Below the pieces are notes generated by a model. It had not been told where the DNA came from and made no database searches. It saw nothing but the letters and a program-made list of their open reading frames with translations. Of a stretch of DNA of 64,000 nt, positions 1 to 13,126 are shown in pieces (position 1 is the stretch's first letter; every line of letters begins with the position of its first letter). Source of the stretch: Octopus vulgaris (Eukaryota). Made by a program: the position numbers and the translations under genes. The stretch covers positions 30,318,001 through 30,382,000 of the forward strand of contig OX597825.1 of NCBI GenBank assembly GCA_951406725.2, given 5' to 3'.

Positions 1-19
1 GATGAAGAGTGTAAAGCTG

Positions 20-130
20 CTGTTGTTATTGATTTTGATGTACTTGTTGTTGTTGTTGTAGCTGTTATTACTGTTGTTGTTGTTGTTGTGGTTATTGAGT
101 GTGGTGTGGATGATGATGATGATTGTGGTG
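20..130. repeat. (GTT)n/(GAT)n trinucleotide microsatellite
   Basis: Direct reading: gttgttgtt... followed by gatgatgat. Confidence 0.9.
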
Positions 131-211
131 ATGGAGAAAATGTTTTGGCCTTTTTCATTTTAATTTTGAAATAAAATTGAATGCAATCCAATAAAAAGCA
201 ATAAGCACTCA

Positions 212-685
212 TCACAGACACATACACACACACACACACACCAACACATATACAGACACAAACATGTTCACACTCACACAACTAATATACATACCCACAT
301 ATGTATATGAATGCATATAGATATTTGTAAACACACATATGTATATATATTTGTATGTATACATATATATGTATATATATATATGCATATATATATATAT
401 GTATGTATATATATATATATATATATATACAGACAGACAAGCATGCACACACACATACACACACAAATACACACAGACACAGAATGACAAACAGACACAT
501 ATTCTCATGGCATCAATATCTATTTTATTTGGCATTAAAAATTCTTTGTTGAATTAAAATCCTAAGAACATTAAGTAAACACAAAAGAAATGCCAGTATT
601 ATAGAATTATTTTTTCACCATTTTCATCTACATAATAATAATATACACACTTCACACCCAATTAATACATACATATATACATACA

Positions 686-719
<34 letters not shown>

Positions 720-732
720 CATACATACATAT
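212..732. repeat. Compound (CA)n/(TA)n/(TACA)n microsatellites
   Basis: Direct reading; source of the YI/CV/HT ORFs. Confidence 0.9.
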
Positions 733-940
733 AGCATGATCATCATTATGGTCATTATGTTTATCGTCATCGTCATCATCATCATCATTATCATTTTACA
801 TATGTTTCCATGGGTTGCTATGGGTTGGAGAGGTCATCACATTCTGCCTCTCAAAGTCTAGGTTCATAATTACTAGCTGGTATGATGCCCTTCCCAATGC
901 CTGAGGCTGTGTTTGCATTTTCTCATGGAGTCAACACACA

Positions 941-1148
941 AAGGCGGCAAGCTGGCAGAAACATTAGTATGACGGGCGAAATACTTAGCGGTATTTCATC
1001 TGTCTTTACGTTCTGAGTTCAATTTCTACCAAGCTTTCATCCTATCGGGGTTTATAAATTGAGTACCAGTTGCATACTGGGGTTGATCTAGTCCACTGGA
1101 CCCCAACTCCCCCAAAATTTCAGGCCTTGTGCCTAGAGTAGAAAAGAA
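941..1148 (+). mobile_element. tRNA-derived SINE, local family B (head GGCGGCGAGCTGGCAGAA)
   Basis: A/B-box-like head (agctggcagaa ... gagttcaatt) and body gctttcatcc..ggggt..ataaatt.agtaccag shared with 6160-6375, 17778-18210, 29555-29770, 36630-36810, 39225-39457 and 49953-50128. Confidence 0.8.
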
Positions 1149-1632
1149 TATACATATACACCACTTCTTACATGTATCTTTTGTATGATGTAAAAGGATA
1201 AAATCTCTTTATATGTATCAGTGGATGTTTATGTGCATGTATGTATATGCATATGCATGTGTTTGTTACCTATATATATATATATATATATGTATGCAGA
1301 ATAAGACTGAAGTTTCGATTTTGACTGTATGATATATGAATATAATGACATTATTTGTTGAATTAATGTGCTTGCATCTTTCATAAGCATCTGTCTATAT
1401 ATTATGTTATACAATATTATATTATATTATATTATGCTATATTCTATGTGGTATTTTCCATTTACTATGTATTGTGAATAGCAGAATGCACATAATCTAA
1501 TATTAGTATTATTAATAATAATAATAATAATATTAATAGTTTTGGTAATGTAATGAACATTGTATATGTACCCATTGACGTGGATGTATATGTATACTCC
1601 AGTATATATATTTGATTATTATATATATATAT

Positions 1633-1978
1633 ATGAAAGAATGGAGTCGAACGACGATTTTAACAAAATTCCTTTACTCTCGACATGGGTTCCTTGTCTT
1701 TCCTGATGAGAAGGCAGCATAATGCACCCTTTATTCCTTCGGAATTAAGAATATGCAGTCTTTGAAACATATGTCAAGAGTAAAGGAATTTTGTTAAAAT
1801 CGTCATTCGACTCCATTCTTTCATTTATTCATAGTTAAAATAACACACAAATTTCCACACGAGAACACGGGATTTCTGCCCTTGGCATGTAGCTTCAACC
1901 GTGTTTTCTGACATGAATTTGCTACCCAGATATCGGTTAACCAAATTATCCATACTAGGATAATTCATTCACCTACTT
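1633..1978 (+). mobile_element. Penelope-like pseudo-LTR / retrozyme-like element with ~55 bp inverted repeat, between TA tracts
   Basis: Arms 1633-1687 and ~1768-1824 are reverse complements; the spacer holds a hammerhead; second family member at 18569-18815. Confidence 0.75.
1698..1780 (+). ncRNA. Type I hammerhead ribozyme
   Basis: ctttc-CTGATGA(1703-1709)-stem II gaaggc.gcata/tatgc.gtcttt-GAAA(1764-1767)-palindromic CATATG-TC-aagag. The inverted arm keeps gagag, which pairs with ctttc as stem I. Confidence 0.8.
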
Positions 1979-2261
1979 ATATATATATATATATATACAT
2001 ATATGCCCTGCATCAAAATTTGAAATCATGTGATATGGCTATATCTGTGAATGTAGGGAGCTTTGTCTCACTTGTCAGTGTATTAAGATAGTGCTCTTGT
2101 TGTTAATGAGTCATTTTGACTCTTATTTCTAGCAATGCTGGTACCACTCTGTATCTTCTGTCACTTTAGTGACATCTATAAATTTGTCTTTAGGTTGTTA
2201 CATTGCTAATAAGCCACCCATATTATTTAATTATATATATATATATATATACATATATATA

Positions 2262-2429
2262 GTCTTTATTTGTTTCAGCCTTTAGTCGAACAAATCAACC
2301 CCAGCACTTATGCCTTGCAAGCCTAGTACTTTTTCTATCAATCTCTTTTGCCGAACCATGTTATGGGGACGTAAACACACCAGCATTCGTTGTCATGCAA
2401 TGGTGGGGGGACGAACACAGACACACAGA

Positions 2430-2440
<11 letters not shown>
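2262..2440 (-). mobile_element. SINE family A, 3' part
   Basis: Matches the 3' half of the 44306-44709 copy. Confidence 0.75.
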
Positions 2441-2484
<44 letters not shown>

Positions 2485-2486
<2 letters not shown>

Positions 2487-2856
2487 GTTTAGGTTTGGCT
2501 GCATGGTAAGAAGCTTGCTTCCCAACAACATGGTTCCAACATTCAGTCCCATTGCATAATGCCTTACATAAATGTCTTCTATAGCCTTGAGCCAACCAAA
2601 GTCATGTGAGTGGATTTGGTAGATGGAAACTGAAAGAAGCCTCTCAGATATATACATATGTGTGTGTATGTGTGTCTTTGTGTCTCCCCACCGTTTGACA
2701 ACCAATGTTTATGTCCCTGTAACTTAACAGTTCAGTCAAAGAGATCAATAGAATAAGTACTTGGCTTAAAAAAATGTACTGGAGTTGATTCATTCAACTA
2801 AATTCCTTCAAGGCTGTGCCCCAACATGGCTGCAGTCTAATGACAGCAACAAGTAA
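2485..2856 (+). mobile_element. SINE family A (tRNA head, CORE-like segment, internal TG repeat)
   Basis: tggctgcatggtaagaagcttgctt...gtgagtggatttggtagatggaaactgaaagaagc...gatcaatagaataagtac. Confidence 0.8.
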
Positions 2857-3235
2857 ATTGATTTTTAATTTATCTTTTAAACAAACACTATTTTATAGTT
2901 TTACTTCAAATTTTAAAAAAAATCTACCATTCGAAATGTTATACAGAATTCAAATTTTAAATCTCTGAAGAGCAGAAGCATTGTCTATAAATGCTTATCA
3001 ATATAGGATCTCATTATAGGGACAACTTTTCTGTGAAATGATCATAATATGCTTTAAATAATTAATTCGAAACTTTTAAACTGTTCTATACATTATATAT
3101 TTATGTTTATACATATTTACATTTTTTTAAATACATGTTAATATTTATTTATTTATATATTTTTAATACAATTATTTTTCACACGTGTATATCTTTCTGA
3201 GGAGTTTCGATATTGATTTCCTAATATTAATAATA

Positions 3236-3288
<53 letters not shown>

Positions 3289-3289
3289 C

Positions 3290-3336
<47 letters not shown>

Positions 3337-3744
3337 GAAAGAGAGAGAGAGAGACATGGGTGTGTGGTTAAGAAGTCTGCTTGATAGTCAAATGGTTTCA
3401 GATTCAATCCTACTGCATAACATCTTGAGCAAGTTTCTGCTACATAACCTCAGCCAACAAAAGCCTTGTCAATAGATTTGGTAAAAGAAACACACTGAGT
3501 GTTTGCTTATATTTGTGCTTTGGAAAGGTTGTGAGTTAGGAGGGCTGTTGTTATTCCTTCTGTCAAAGAACCATTGCCTCCCTTCATGCCTTTGAAGGTA
3601 AGGGTGATCGCTTCCTGGAATAATTGGTAAGGATTATGGAGAGAAGTGAAATTAGGCTGTGAAATAAGGTGTCAATAATAGAATTATCTATTTCATGCCA
3701 GCATGGAAAAACTTAATTATTAACAAATGACAAAATAAATGAAT

Positions 3745-3913
3745 GCATGTATGTATGTGTATGCATAAAAGCATGTGTGTGTATGTGTATATATATATAT
3801 ATATATATGTACATATACACACACACATACATGTTTATACATGTATATGTGTGTATATGTACATATATGTATGTGTCTATGTACACACATATATATATAT
3901 ATGCATATATATG

Positions 3914-3953
<40 letters not shown>

Positions 3954-3975
3954 AATATATTTGTGTGTGTGTGTA
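3745..3975. repeat. TA/TG compound microsatellite
   Basis: Direct reading. Confidence 0.9.
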
Positions 3976-4667
3976 GGTATGTATATCAGCATCCTCATAT
4001 TTTTAAGATTGGAAAGGAATATATAATTGGTATATATATATATATATACCAATTATATACATTTTTTTATTATTTTGCACTTTACTTAAATATTGGTATA
4101 TATTTTATCGTATATTTAAATTTTTTTCTATATGGTATAATTTAATTATATCATTGTTATTTCATTGTTGAATTGATAAAAGTCGGTTCTTCTCTAATTT
4201 ATATACATACACACATATATATATATATATATACATACACACATATACATGAATATACATTTACACACGTGCATACACATATGTATAGATATATGCATGT
4301 ATTTATATATGTGCAAAAAGTCTTAATTTTTTTTTTTTTACTATCTTTGGAAAGTTAATTTACAAAAACAATCAGCTTCTACTTATAAATAAAAGATGCA
4401 TTGAATGAAATGTCATTTACTACGATGCTGCGTTTGACCGCCTTATGCAAATTAATCAGAGTTATTGCCTGACTGGTTCTCTTCAGCCTCTCTTTTTGGA
4501 AAGTTAGGGTCAAAGGTACAAAGGTGTGAGTTTAATAAATGTGAATATCATTTTTTTGTTTTGAGATCTTTTGTAATATTATAACAGAATAATAATTGGA
4601 TGAGACAATACAACTATAATCTGAACACTGGGACTACTTTTAAACAAAACTACGTTCATAGAAGATA

Positions 4668-5051
4668 GTGGAGGCGCAATGGCCCAATGGTTAGGGCAGC
4701 GGACTCGCGGTCATAGGATCGCGGTTTCGATTCCCAGACCGGGCGTTGTGAGTGTTTATTGAGCGAAAACACCTAAAAGCTCCACGAGGCTCCGGCAGGG
4801 GATGGTGGTGATCCCTGCTGTACTCTTTCACCACAACTTTCTCTCACTCTTACTTCCTGTTTCTGTTGTACCTATATTTCAAGGGGCCGGCCTTGTCACT
4901 CTCTGTGTCACGCTGAATATCCCCGAGAACAACGTTAAGGGTGCACGTGCCTGTGGAGTGCTCAGCCACTTACATGTTAATTTCACAAGCAGGCTGTTCC
5001 GTTGATTCGGATCAACCGGAACCTTCATCGTCGTAACCGACGGAGTGCTTC
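4668..5051 (+). mobile_element. Well-preserved tRNA-derived SINE, local family C
   Basis: A box tggcccaatggt, B box ggtttcgattcc, CpG-rich; near-perfect 11 bp TSD catagaagata (4657-4667) / catagtagata (5052-5062). Confidence 0.85.
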
Positions 5052-5199
5052 CATAGTAGATATCTGTGTGTGTGTGTGTGTAGGTGTGTGTAGGTGTGTA
5101 TATCACCATCCTCAAATTTTTTGGATTGGAAATGAATATCGCAGTTTGTATCATAGTGACACTCATTTACGACTGTTGTACAATGTCAAGACAAGGAGG

Positions 5200-5640
5200 C
5201 ATGCACACACATGCACACATACATACATAGATACATGCACCTACATACACACACATACACATAGACATACACACACACGTGCACACGCATTCACACACAT
5301 ACACACACACATGGATGCACATGTATACACAAACACATACATGCACATGCATAGACACACATACACATACATGCACATACATGCACACGCATACACACAC
5401 ATATACACACATATACAAAATGCACGTATACATACATGCACATGCACACACACACACATCCATATACACACATATACATTTATAAATGTATATGTGTGTA
5501 TATGCATGTGAGTGTATGTATACGTGCATGTTGTATATGTGTGTATATGTGTGTATATGTGTGTGTATGCATGTGCATGTATGTGTATGTGTGTGTATAT
5601 ATGTATACATACAATACATATATATATATATTTATATATA
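5200..5640. repeat. Degenerate (CA)n then (TG)n low-complexity tract
   Basis: Direct reading. Confidence 0.9.
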
Positions 5641-5748
5641 AATATTGTAACTTAAAATTTTTTCTATATGGTATGATTTAAGTATATCATTGTTGAATTA
5701 CTTCATGGTTCTTCTCTAATTTATATATATATATATTATATATATATA

Positions 5749-6139
5749 CTAGCAGTATCGCCCGGCATTGCTCGGGTTTGTAAGGGAAATAACTATAAAG
5801 CATTTTTAGAGAGTTATAGCCAAAAATTAGCAAAAAATGCATTAAAAATAAAAAAAAATTATGGTAAATTTCTTTTTAAATCGTTGACTCATCGTAGACA
5901 TTTTTAGAGAGTTACTTCCCTTATATTTAAAAAATATGCATTAAAATGGAAAAAATGATGGTAAATTATTTTTAAAATCGTAGACTCATCGTAGACGTGC
6001 GCTAATACCCAGAAGAGCTCGATATGAATCACGACTATAAGATACCCGGTTTTGGTTAAACTGCACCGCAAAATGTGGGAGTAGTTAGGAATCTAAATCG
6101 GAGTAGACAGACACACAACCTTTCTTTTATATATAAAGA
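5749..6139 (-). mobile_element. Non-autonomous Helitron
   Basis: On the minus strand it starts A|TC and ends cccgagcaatgccggg hairpin + cgatactgCTAG|T; close copy at 38250-38645. Confidence 0.8.
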
Positions 6140-6159
6140 TATATATATATATATATATA

Positions 6160-6375
6160 TTTGTTTATTGCCCAGAGGGGGCTAAACAGAGGACAGACAA
6201 AGGCATTAAGTCAATTACATCGACCCAATGGCATAACTAGTACTTATTTAATCGGTCCTGAAAGGATGAAAGGCAAAGTCGACCTGAGCAAGAATTTGAA
6301 CTCGGAATATAACGGCAGACTAAATATTGCTAAGCATTTCACCTGGCGTGCTAACGATTCTGCAAACTCACCGCC
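6160..6375 (-). mobile_element. SINE family B
   Basis: gaaaggatgaaaggcaaagtcgacct...aatttgaactc...ctcaccgcc. Confidence 0.8.
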
Positions 6376-6460
6376 CATATATATATATTGAATAATAAAA
6401 TTAATATTATTTACATTATTTACATTTGACGGATATTTGTCCTCATCTTGTTTGTTGTTA

Positions 6461-6503
6461 ACATAGCGTTTCAGCTGATATACTCTCCAGCCTTCACAGG
6501 TGT
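6461..6503 (-). ncRNA. Decayed minimal hammerhead in a PLE-like fragment (~6400-6570)
   Basis: Minus strand: acac-CTG-TGA-aggctg..cagct-GAAAC-gct-atgt; one core A is deleted and the NUH site is altered. Confidence 0.55.
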
Positions 6504-6568
6504 CTTGTGAAAATTTTGAACCTGGGTTCTCATTCCTATGGTATTTTTTTTATGTTATTATTATTATC

Positions 6569-6611
<43 letters not shown>

Positions 6612-6862
6612 ATATATATATATATACATGTCCTTGCTTCGTATACATTCGATCCTTTTTCCAAGAAATCTAATGTTCGTAGCTTAGTTTTTCCTTGGGA
6701 CTGGCCGGATCAGAGCGATCTCAAGATTAATCAGCTGAAATTGCAAGGATGATCCGGTTCTTCACTGAAGATTGAAGGCTTCGAATGTCCCGTCCATGTT
6801 TTTTGTATCGTCTTCTAAATGTTTTACGTTCTTGTCCCAGTTTGTATTTTTCTACCTATAAT

Positions 6863-6901
<39 letters not shown>

Positions 6902-6905
<4 letters not shown>

Positions 6906-8146
6906 GTCATCCAATAAATAATGCAGATTTTTCAATTGAATGTACTAAAAGTTGGAATGGGAGGAATAAACTACCTGCATCAACTTACTATAAAAGCAGG
7001 TAGTAAATTTACCTTGTCCTCATTCTTAGTGCAAGATTTGAAGAGTGCAGTTCGATTTTAACAGTTATTTTTTCAAAGCTATAATGGATATGACAAAAGA
7101 GCATATTCGGCATATTTTGCTTTATGAGTTCGATAAAGGCAACAATGCAATGGAAAGTGTGAGGAACATTAATGCAGTATATGGAGATCAGATAATAAGT
7201 GTAAACCAGTGTCAATGCTGGTTCCAGAAATTCAAAGCCAGAAACTACAGCTTAGAAGACAAGCCTCATCCCAGAAGATCTGTAGAGCTTGACAAGGACA
7301 TCCTGCAAACCCTGGTGGAATAAAATCCCAACGTAAATGTTGAGGAACTAGCAGAAAAGCTTGGATTTGGTCATTCAACCACCCATCAACATCTGCATGC
7401 CATAGGAAAAGTCACCAAATTGGGTCAATGGGTTCGTCACAAACTTTTTGAGTCTAATCATGTGCAGAGAGTGAATGTGTGCCCTTCTTTGCTGTCACAT
7501 CTCATGAATGAACTTTTTTCCCACTAAATAGTAACTAGTGAAAGAAATGGGTTCTCTATAAAAAATATCAGGGAAAGGGGAATCACCAGCACCCCTGGTT
7601 AAAGAAGGTCTTCACCCACGTAAGGTGTTGTTATCTGTTTGGTGGGACTTTGAACTTTTAAACCTAAACCAATTGATAACAAAGGAGATCTGTGAGCAGC
7701 TTGAGTGGATTAAGTCAGGGCTAAAAGAAAAACAACTATCTTTGGTTTCAAGACAAGAAGGTGTTCTTCCATCAGGATAATGCTCGGCAACATGCAGCAA
7801 GGATGCTATTCGAAAGGCTAGAGCAGTTTGAATGGGAAACAATTCCCCACCCACCATATTCATTGGACATTACCACATCTGGTTATCATTTTTCTGCTGT
7901 CTTCAAAATCATTTCGACGGAAAGATATGAATTCTGTGGACGAGGTCAGAATAGTACTGGAGGAGTATTTTTCATCACAAACAAGTGGATTTTGGAAAAG
8001 GGGATTTGCAAGTCTACCAGGTAGATGGAAGAGCATTGTAGAAAATGAAGGAGAGTATATTTTAGATTAAAAAAGAAATTTGTCTACCTTAATTTTGAAA
8101 AATAAAAGAAGTATAAAAAAAATCAGCATTATTTATGGGATGACCC
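6902..8146 (+). mobile_element. Full-length decayed mariner transposon
   Basis: TIRs gggtcatccaataaataatgc / gcattatttatgggatgaccc, ~1.25 kb, TA context at the left end. Confidence 0.92.
7084..8070 (+). pseudogene. Mariner transposase pseudogene
   Basis: MDMTKEHIRHILLYEF..WFQKFK (HTH), WVRHKL (WVPHEL-like), FHQDNARQH, HPPYSLDI (YSPDL-like); stops and frameshifts. Confidence 0.92.
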
Positions 8147-9583
8147 CTTGGGCTTCAGTCAGTTTCTATCCACCAAATCCTCTCACACGGCTTTGGTTGA
8201 CCAGGGGCAGTACTATTAGATATTTGCCTATGGTGCCACACTGTGGGACTGAACTTGAAACTGTGTGATTAGGAAGTAAACTTTTCAGCTATTCAGCCAA
8301 GCCTGCTCCTATGCAGCCATGTAATAGCTAAAATTGTTCACCAAATTTGAATCCATTTATCGCTAGATGTAACTTGGGAATTTAGATTTATTAATGTATG
8401 TAATTTACAAATGTATGTTTTTACAAATACTGAATATTCTTTATATTAAAAATACCAGATTTCTTTGCTGTTGCCCATTTGGCTGATGCACTGCATTTTC
8501 ACCAAGCTCTCTTAACACTGAATTACCACTTTGAAATATTGCATAAAATGTAGAAAATTTGAAATCATTCTTTTAGTATTTCATTCATATAAATATGAAG
8601 ATATCGCAAGCTGTTGCAGGTGAATTAGAGATAAATAAATTTTTAAAAAAGCATAATGTTTAAAATATTTTTACTTACAATTTTATAATTTTTGATTAGC
8701 AACTAATATATTATCATGGAAAACACTTGCTCTATGAATTTGAATTATTTAAGGAGAAAAAAAACATAAATTTCTCATGTTAAAGAATTATATAATATTT
8801 TGGTTTTTAGGAATTTCTTTAAGAGTTTCTGATTCTCTAGAAAATGATTTTTATAGGAAAGAACAAGACTATTAAAAAAAATTTCTTTAAAAACATTTAT
8901 TACTTGAGAATCAATGCATTTTGTTTTAAAATTATCACATTATTATCTTTTATAGATGTTTATTTTCAGTAAAATATTTATAATTACATATTAATAATTT
9001 CTTATTCAATGGAGATTATGTTTCTGAATTTTAAAAAGAAAAAGTACTTTTAAGATATTTATGTATATGAGTATATAAAAATTAAAGAATAAAGTGCAGA
9101 AACAAAAAGGTTATTTATCATCATACATGCCTACACACACACATGCATACATTTATATATATATATACATAAATTTGTACATATATTTATATATGTATGT
9201 ATGTATATAAATGTATATATACATGTATATATACATATATAAATATATTAGTAATAGGATTCAATAGAATCTAGTCATAAATTTTAAACCCCATATGTAT
9301 GTATGTACGTACACACACATCCACGCGTGCATATACACATGCACATACACACAAATATATATGATGGGCTTTTATCAGTTTCTGTCAACCAAATCCATTC
9401 ACAAGGCTTTGGGTGGCCCAAGGCTGTAGTAGATGGCACTTGCCCTCTCTTTGTGGCCTTTCATAGTAACATCCAAGAAATTGAAACCTTCCTGTGAAGT
9501 AGTCATACCCAGACATGAATCTACTTAGACTATGTATGTATAAACATATGTATGCATGCATGATTTTATTTATGTGCATGTAC

Positions 9584-9640
<57 letters not shown>

Positions 9641-9642
<2 letters not shown>

Positions 9643-9860
9643 AAATTATAATTTAGGGTATCTACTACGCTGAAAATACCAGCCAAAACGTGACTTTAAA
9701 ACCACATTAGAGTCAAGTTTTGGCTACCATTTCCAGCGTGGTGCTATCTCTTAGATACCCTAAATTATAATTTTAATAATAATTATTACCTTTGAAGGTT
9801 TTTATTTACATGCTGGCCACTTGATAAGATCGATATTTAAATTACGATCTTATCCTTATT
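9641..9860 (-). mobile_element. Inverted-repeat element beside TA tract (PLE pseudo-LTR-like), no hammerhead
   Basis: taaaattataatttagggtatcta (9641-9664) is exactly inverted at 9752-9775, with further imperfect pairing inside; perfect 10 bp hairpin arms at 9823-9832 / 9845-9854. Confidence 0.6.
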
Positions 9861-11585
9861 TATATGTGTGTTTGTGTGTGTGTGTGAGTGTGTGTGAGTA
9901 TGTGTATATGTATGTTCTAAGTTGTAGATAATAGTTCTGTACATTGGTGGATGAAATTTTACATAGTGACACTGTTGTATAGTGAAACTGTATACCCCTC
10001 CCAATAAAAAAGGGTAGGAGAGGCCATTAGAAATAAACCAGTAGCCAGTCTTCAAGAAAGGGTTGAGAGTCAAAGAGTAGAGTTGTTCTAGTCGGTGTCT
10101 TGTAGAGCTATCAGTGAAAGTAAAACAGAAGTTAGTGTACAGTGATAAACAATTATTCTGTAGGAACCTCTTCAACACTCAAAGGTCTCTAATGATGTAA
10201 AACAATGCAATCTTGTCGAGGAAAGAAAAGAAACAAAACACATCAATAAGCCATTTTAAACGAATGTGATTACCATGTACGTAAATATATGATATAAGGA
10301 GAATGCTTGCACGTTATTCTTTTAAAAACCAGCTGTAGATTTAATGTCAAAGGTAATTTAGAGAAAGCATAGGCGAAGAGAGAAAGAAATTAACAGAAAA
10401 TTAAGAGTGAAAAATTATAATGCGATACATGAATGGGAATAAGTTTAAAAGCATGGAAATAGATATATGTAGTGGAATTGAAATGTAAGAAGACAGTTAA
10501 AAGTTGAATTTTACAGATTAGTAGAAATTAGTAACTATAGGTATGTTTTTACCAATGTTTACAACAATAAACATGTTCTTTACACATGTTTATAAGAGTA
10601 TGCTTTGAGAAAAGGATGAAAAATAGCTCCTCATTGCAGAGCGGAAAAAAAGATTTACCTTTGTCATATGGGAAGGATCTAGATAGAATTTTCCATACCA
10701 AACCGTATTGTTTATTATATTCCTTTAGAGACCAAATTAATTTACTAAGTCCAGTATTGTTGTGTTTGTTTGTTAGGGTTATGTTTAAATGTAGAATAAT
10801 GGTTAGATATTCTTTTTGACAACTGAGATGAAGACATCAGAACTAGAAGTAATTTTACATTAACAAACAGAGTTTCTAGTCTTAGAATTACTGCTAAGGA
10901 AACAAATTCCATTTGAATTTATATCAGAAATTTCAATATTGTTGTTATTATTGTTCAAAGAATGGTTAACATTAATAATATCACTGTTATTATTTTCATT
11001 AAATGGATTTGTATTTAATAACTTATGGTTATGTGAGGAAATGATTCATAAAAGGTTCTTGGTGTTTGAAAAATCTATCTTAATTCGGTGTGAATTGATA
11101 ATGGAATGGTATCTTGAATTTTGGGGGAAATTCTTATCTATAGCTTCATGAAACTGATAAGGGAGGTTGGATTTAATGTGCTTATCAAATGTAATGATCA
11201 ACCAAATTGTTTTACCATCTTGTTATTTGGGTAATTATCTTCAAAGTCCTAGACTTATTCTTATTACATATAAAGGGAAATAAAGAACGGTTGTCTCCCT
11301 AATGCTGCAAAAATACATTTTCCAATTTATTGTTATTATTCAAACTAAAATTTATTTTGTTATTACTGTTATGATGTGTTTTCATGTGCTGATTAATAGG
11401 GGCAGAATTAATGTGAAGAAGGTTAATATAGGTAATATTTTCTTTATAGCCTGCTTTAAGTAAGGCACCGTTATAAAATACAGCTTTATCGTTAAAGATA
11501 TCAACATCAGCAGATAATCTAGAAAGTCTAAATGAAATATTTTAAAGCTTCTTGTAAAAGTCTTTGGATGATTATTGAAAAAGCT

Positions 11586-11963
11586 ACTCTTTTACTCTTT
11601 TACTTGTTTCAGTCATTTGACTGCGGCCATGCTGGAGCACCGCTTTTAATCGAGCAACTCGACCCCAGGACTTATTCTTTTGTAAGCCCAGTACTTATTC
11701 TATCGGTCTCTTTTGCCAAACCGCTAAGTGACGGGGACATAAACACAAGCAATGCTAAGGGACAAACACAGACACACAAACACACACACGCATATATACA
11801 TATATATACATATATACGATGGGCTTCTTTCAGTTTCTGTCTACCAAATCCACTCACAAGGCTTTGGTCGGCCCGAGGCTATAGTAGAAGACACTTACCC
11901 AAGGTGCCACACAGTGGTACTGAACCCGGAACCATGCAGTTGGTAAACAAGCTACTTACCACA
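11586..11963 (-). mobile_element. SINE family A inserted in the PLE
   Basis: Close match to 44306-44709; interrupts the PLE reading frame. Confidence 0.85.
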
Positions 11964-12904
11964 TGGGGGTTTATGGTATGGGAAATATGAATCATTATAT
12001 AAGTTAAGGGCAATATCTAAAAAGTTGGTTTTACTTATATCACCATCGAAAATAATGTTTAAGCCCATGTTTCAGAAAAATTTAACCAACTTATTTTCAA
12101 CCCTTTGTAATTTTTGGTTAGAAACAGTTTGAAGGTACAGTAGACAATTATCATGATATAAACCTCCACTGATGTTTGGAAATTGGTCAGCCATGTCATT
12201 AGGGATATAGATACAGACCAAATCAGCCAATTGTGCTAAGTCAGAACTTCCCATTGTGACATTAAAACTATCAGGCATATCTTTACAGACCCATAACTTA
12301 TTTTCAAATATAATGATTGATTTTCTGGCAACTAACACCACATTAATTTCATCCTGGGTGAGGCCTGCTTTTTTGTGTGCAAAACAGAGTGCTTTGTTAA
12401 GTACAATTAGATTAAAAGAAGAAGAATAACTAGAAATGTCGAACTGGATAAACTTAGTGCACTTCTTGTTATTAAACCTGTTGACCACTTGAAATGAATT
12501 AAACCACAAATTAAGCTTTCATTTTTTAACTAAAGAAGGAATATATTTATCTTGAATATTTTTACTAAGTACACCAATAACAGAGCTAGAAGGACAAATA
12601 AGTTGTAAAGCTGGGTTATAAAAAATTTGACTTGTGGTCTTTTAAAATAAAATGAGTTTGTTTAGGATAAAGATGTTTGGTCTTCATCTGTAAGTTTTAT
12701 TTCTCCATAACTTTTCTTAGCCTCAAGGTTGGCTTTCCTGATAGCATTTTTACCAGTAATCCTATAATTCTTTTGAATATCTTTCCTAAGCAATTCTATG
12801 TAGTAATCCTTGGTAAGTTTGTATATGCTTCCTGTTTTATCAGATCGAACAAGTATCCCATCAATGTTGTGAATTTCTTTGGTGATATTGTGAAGATACC
12901 TCAG

Positions 12905-13126
12905 CCCTTTTGATACCAACCTGCCTGAAACTGCCTCTGGCTCTGTTGTACAAATGTCTTGTTTTCATAACTTCTGAATTAAAATCTTCCACCAAACTTT
13001 AGTCACAATTTATGTTCCTAACACTATCTTAATGATAACTAAGTTATTTTACTAAATCCTTTGTTATATTTAAAATTAATTGAAAGAAGCACAGAGCATC
13101 TCAACAGAAATATGGTAGCAAAAGGG
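12905..13126. mobile_element. piggyBac-type MITE inserted in the PLE
   Basis: TIRs cccttttgatacca / tggtagcaaaaggg; TTAA on the right, decayed tcag on the left. Confidence 0.7.

Noticed and set aside
4668-4745. tRNA gene
   Set aside because: A/B boxes are present, but it continues into a TSD-flanked SINE body and has no clean acceptor stem.
9717-9760. HDV-like ribozyme or SECIS reading of the new motif
   Set aside because: accacgc and gccaa resemble HDV L3 and J4/2, but I could not form P3/P1; no AUGA/GA SECIS quartet.
10075-10120. Hammerhead in the 3' UTR of the large PLE
   Set aside because: Only ctgatag is present; core incomplete.
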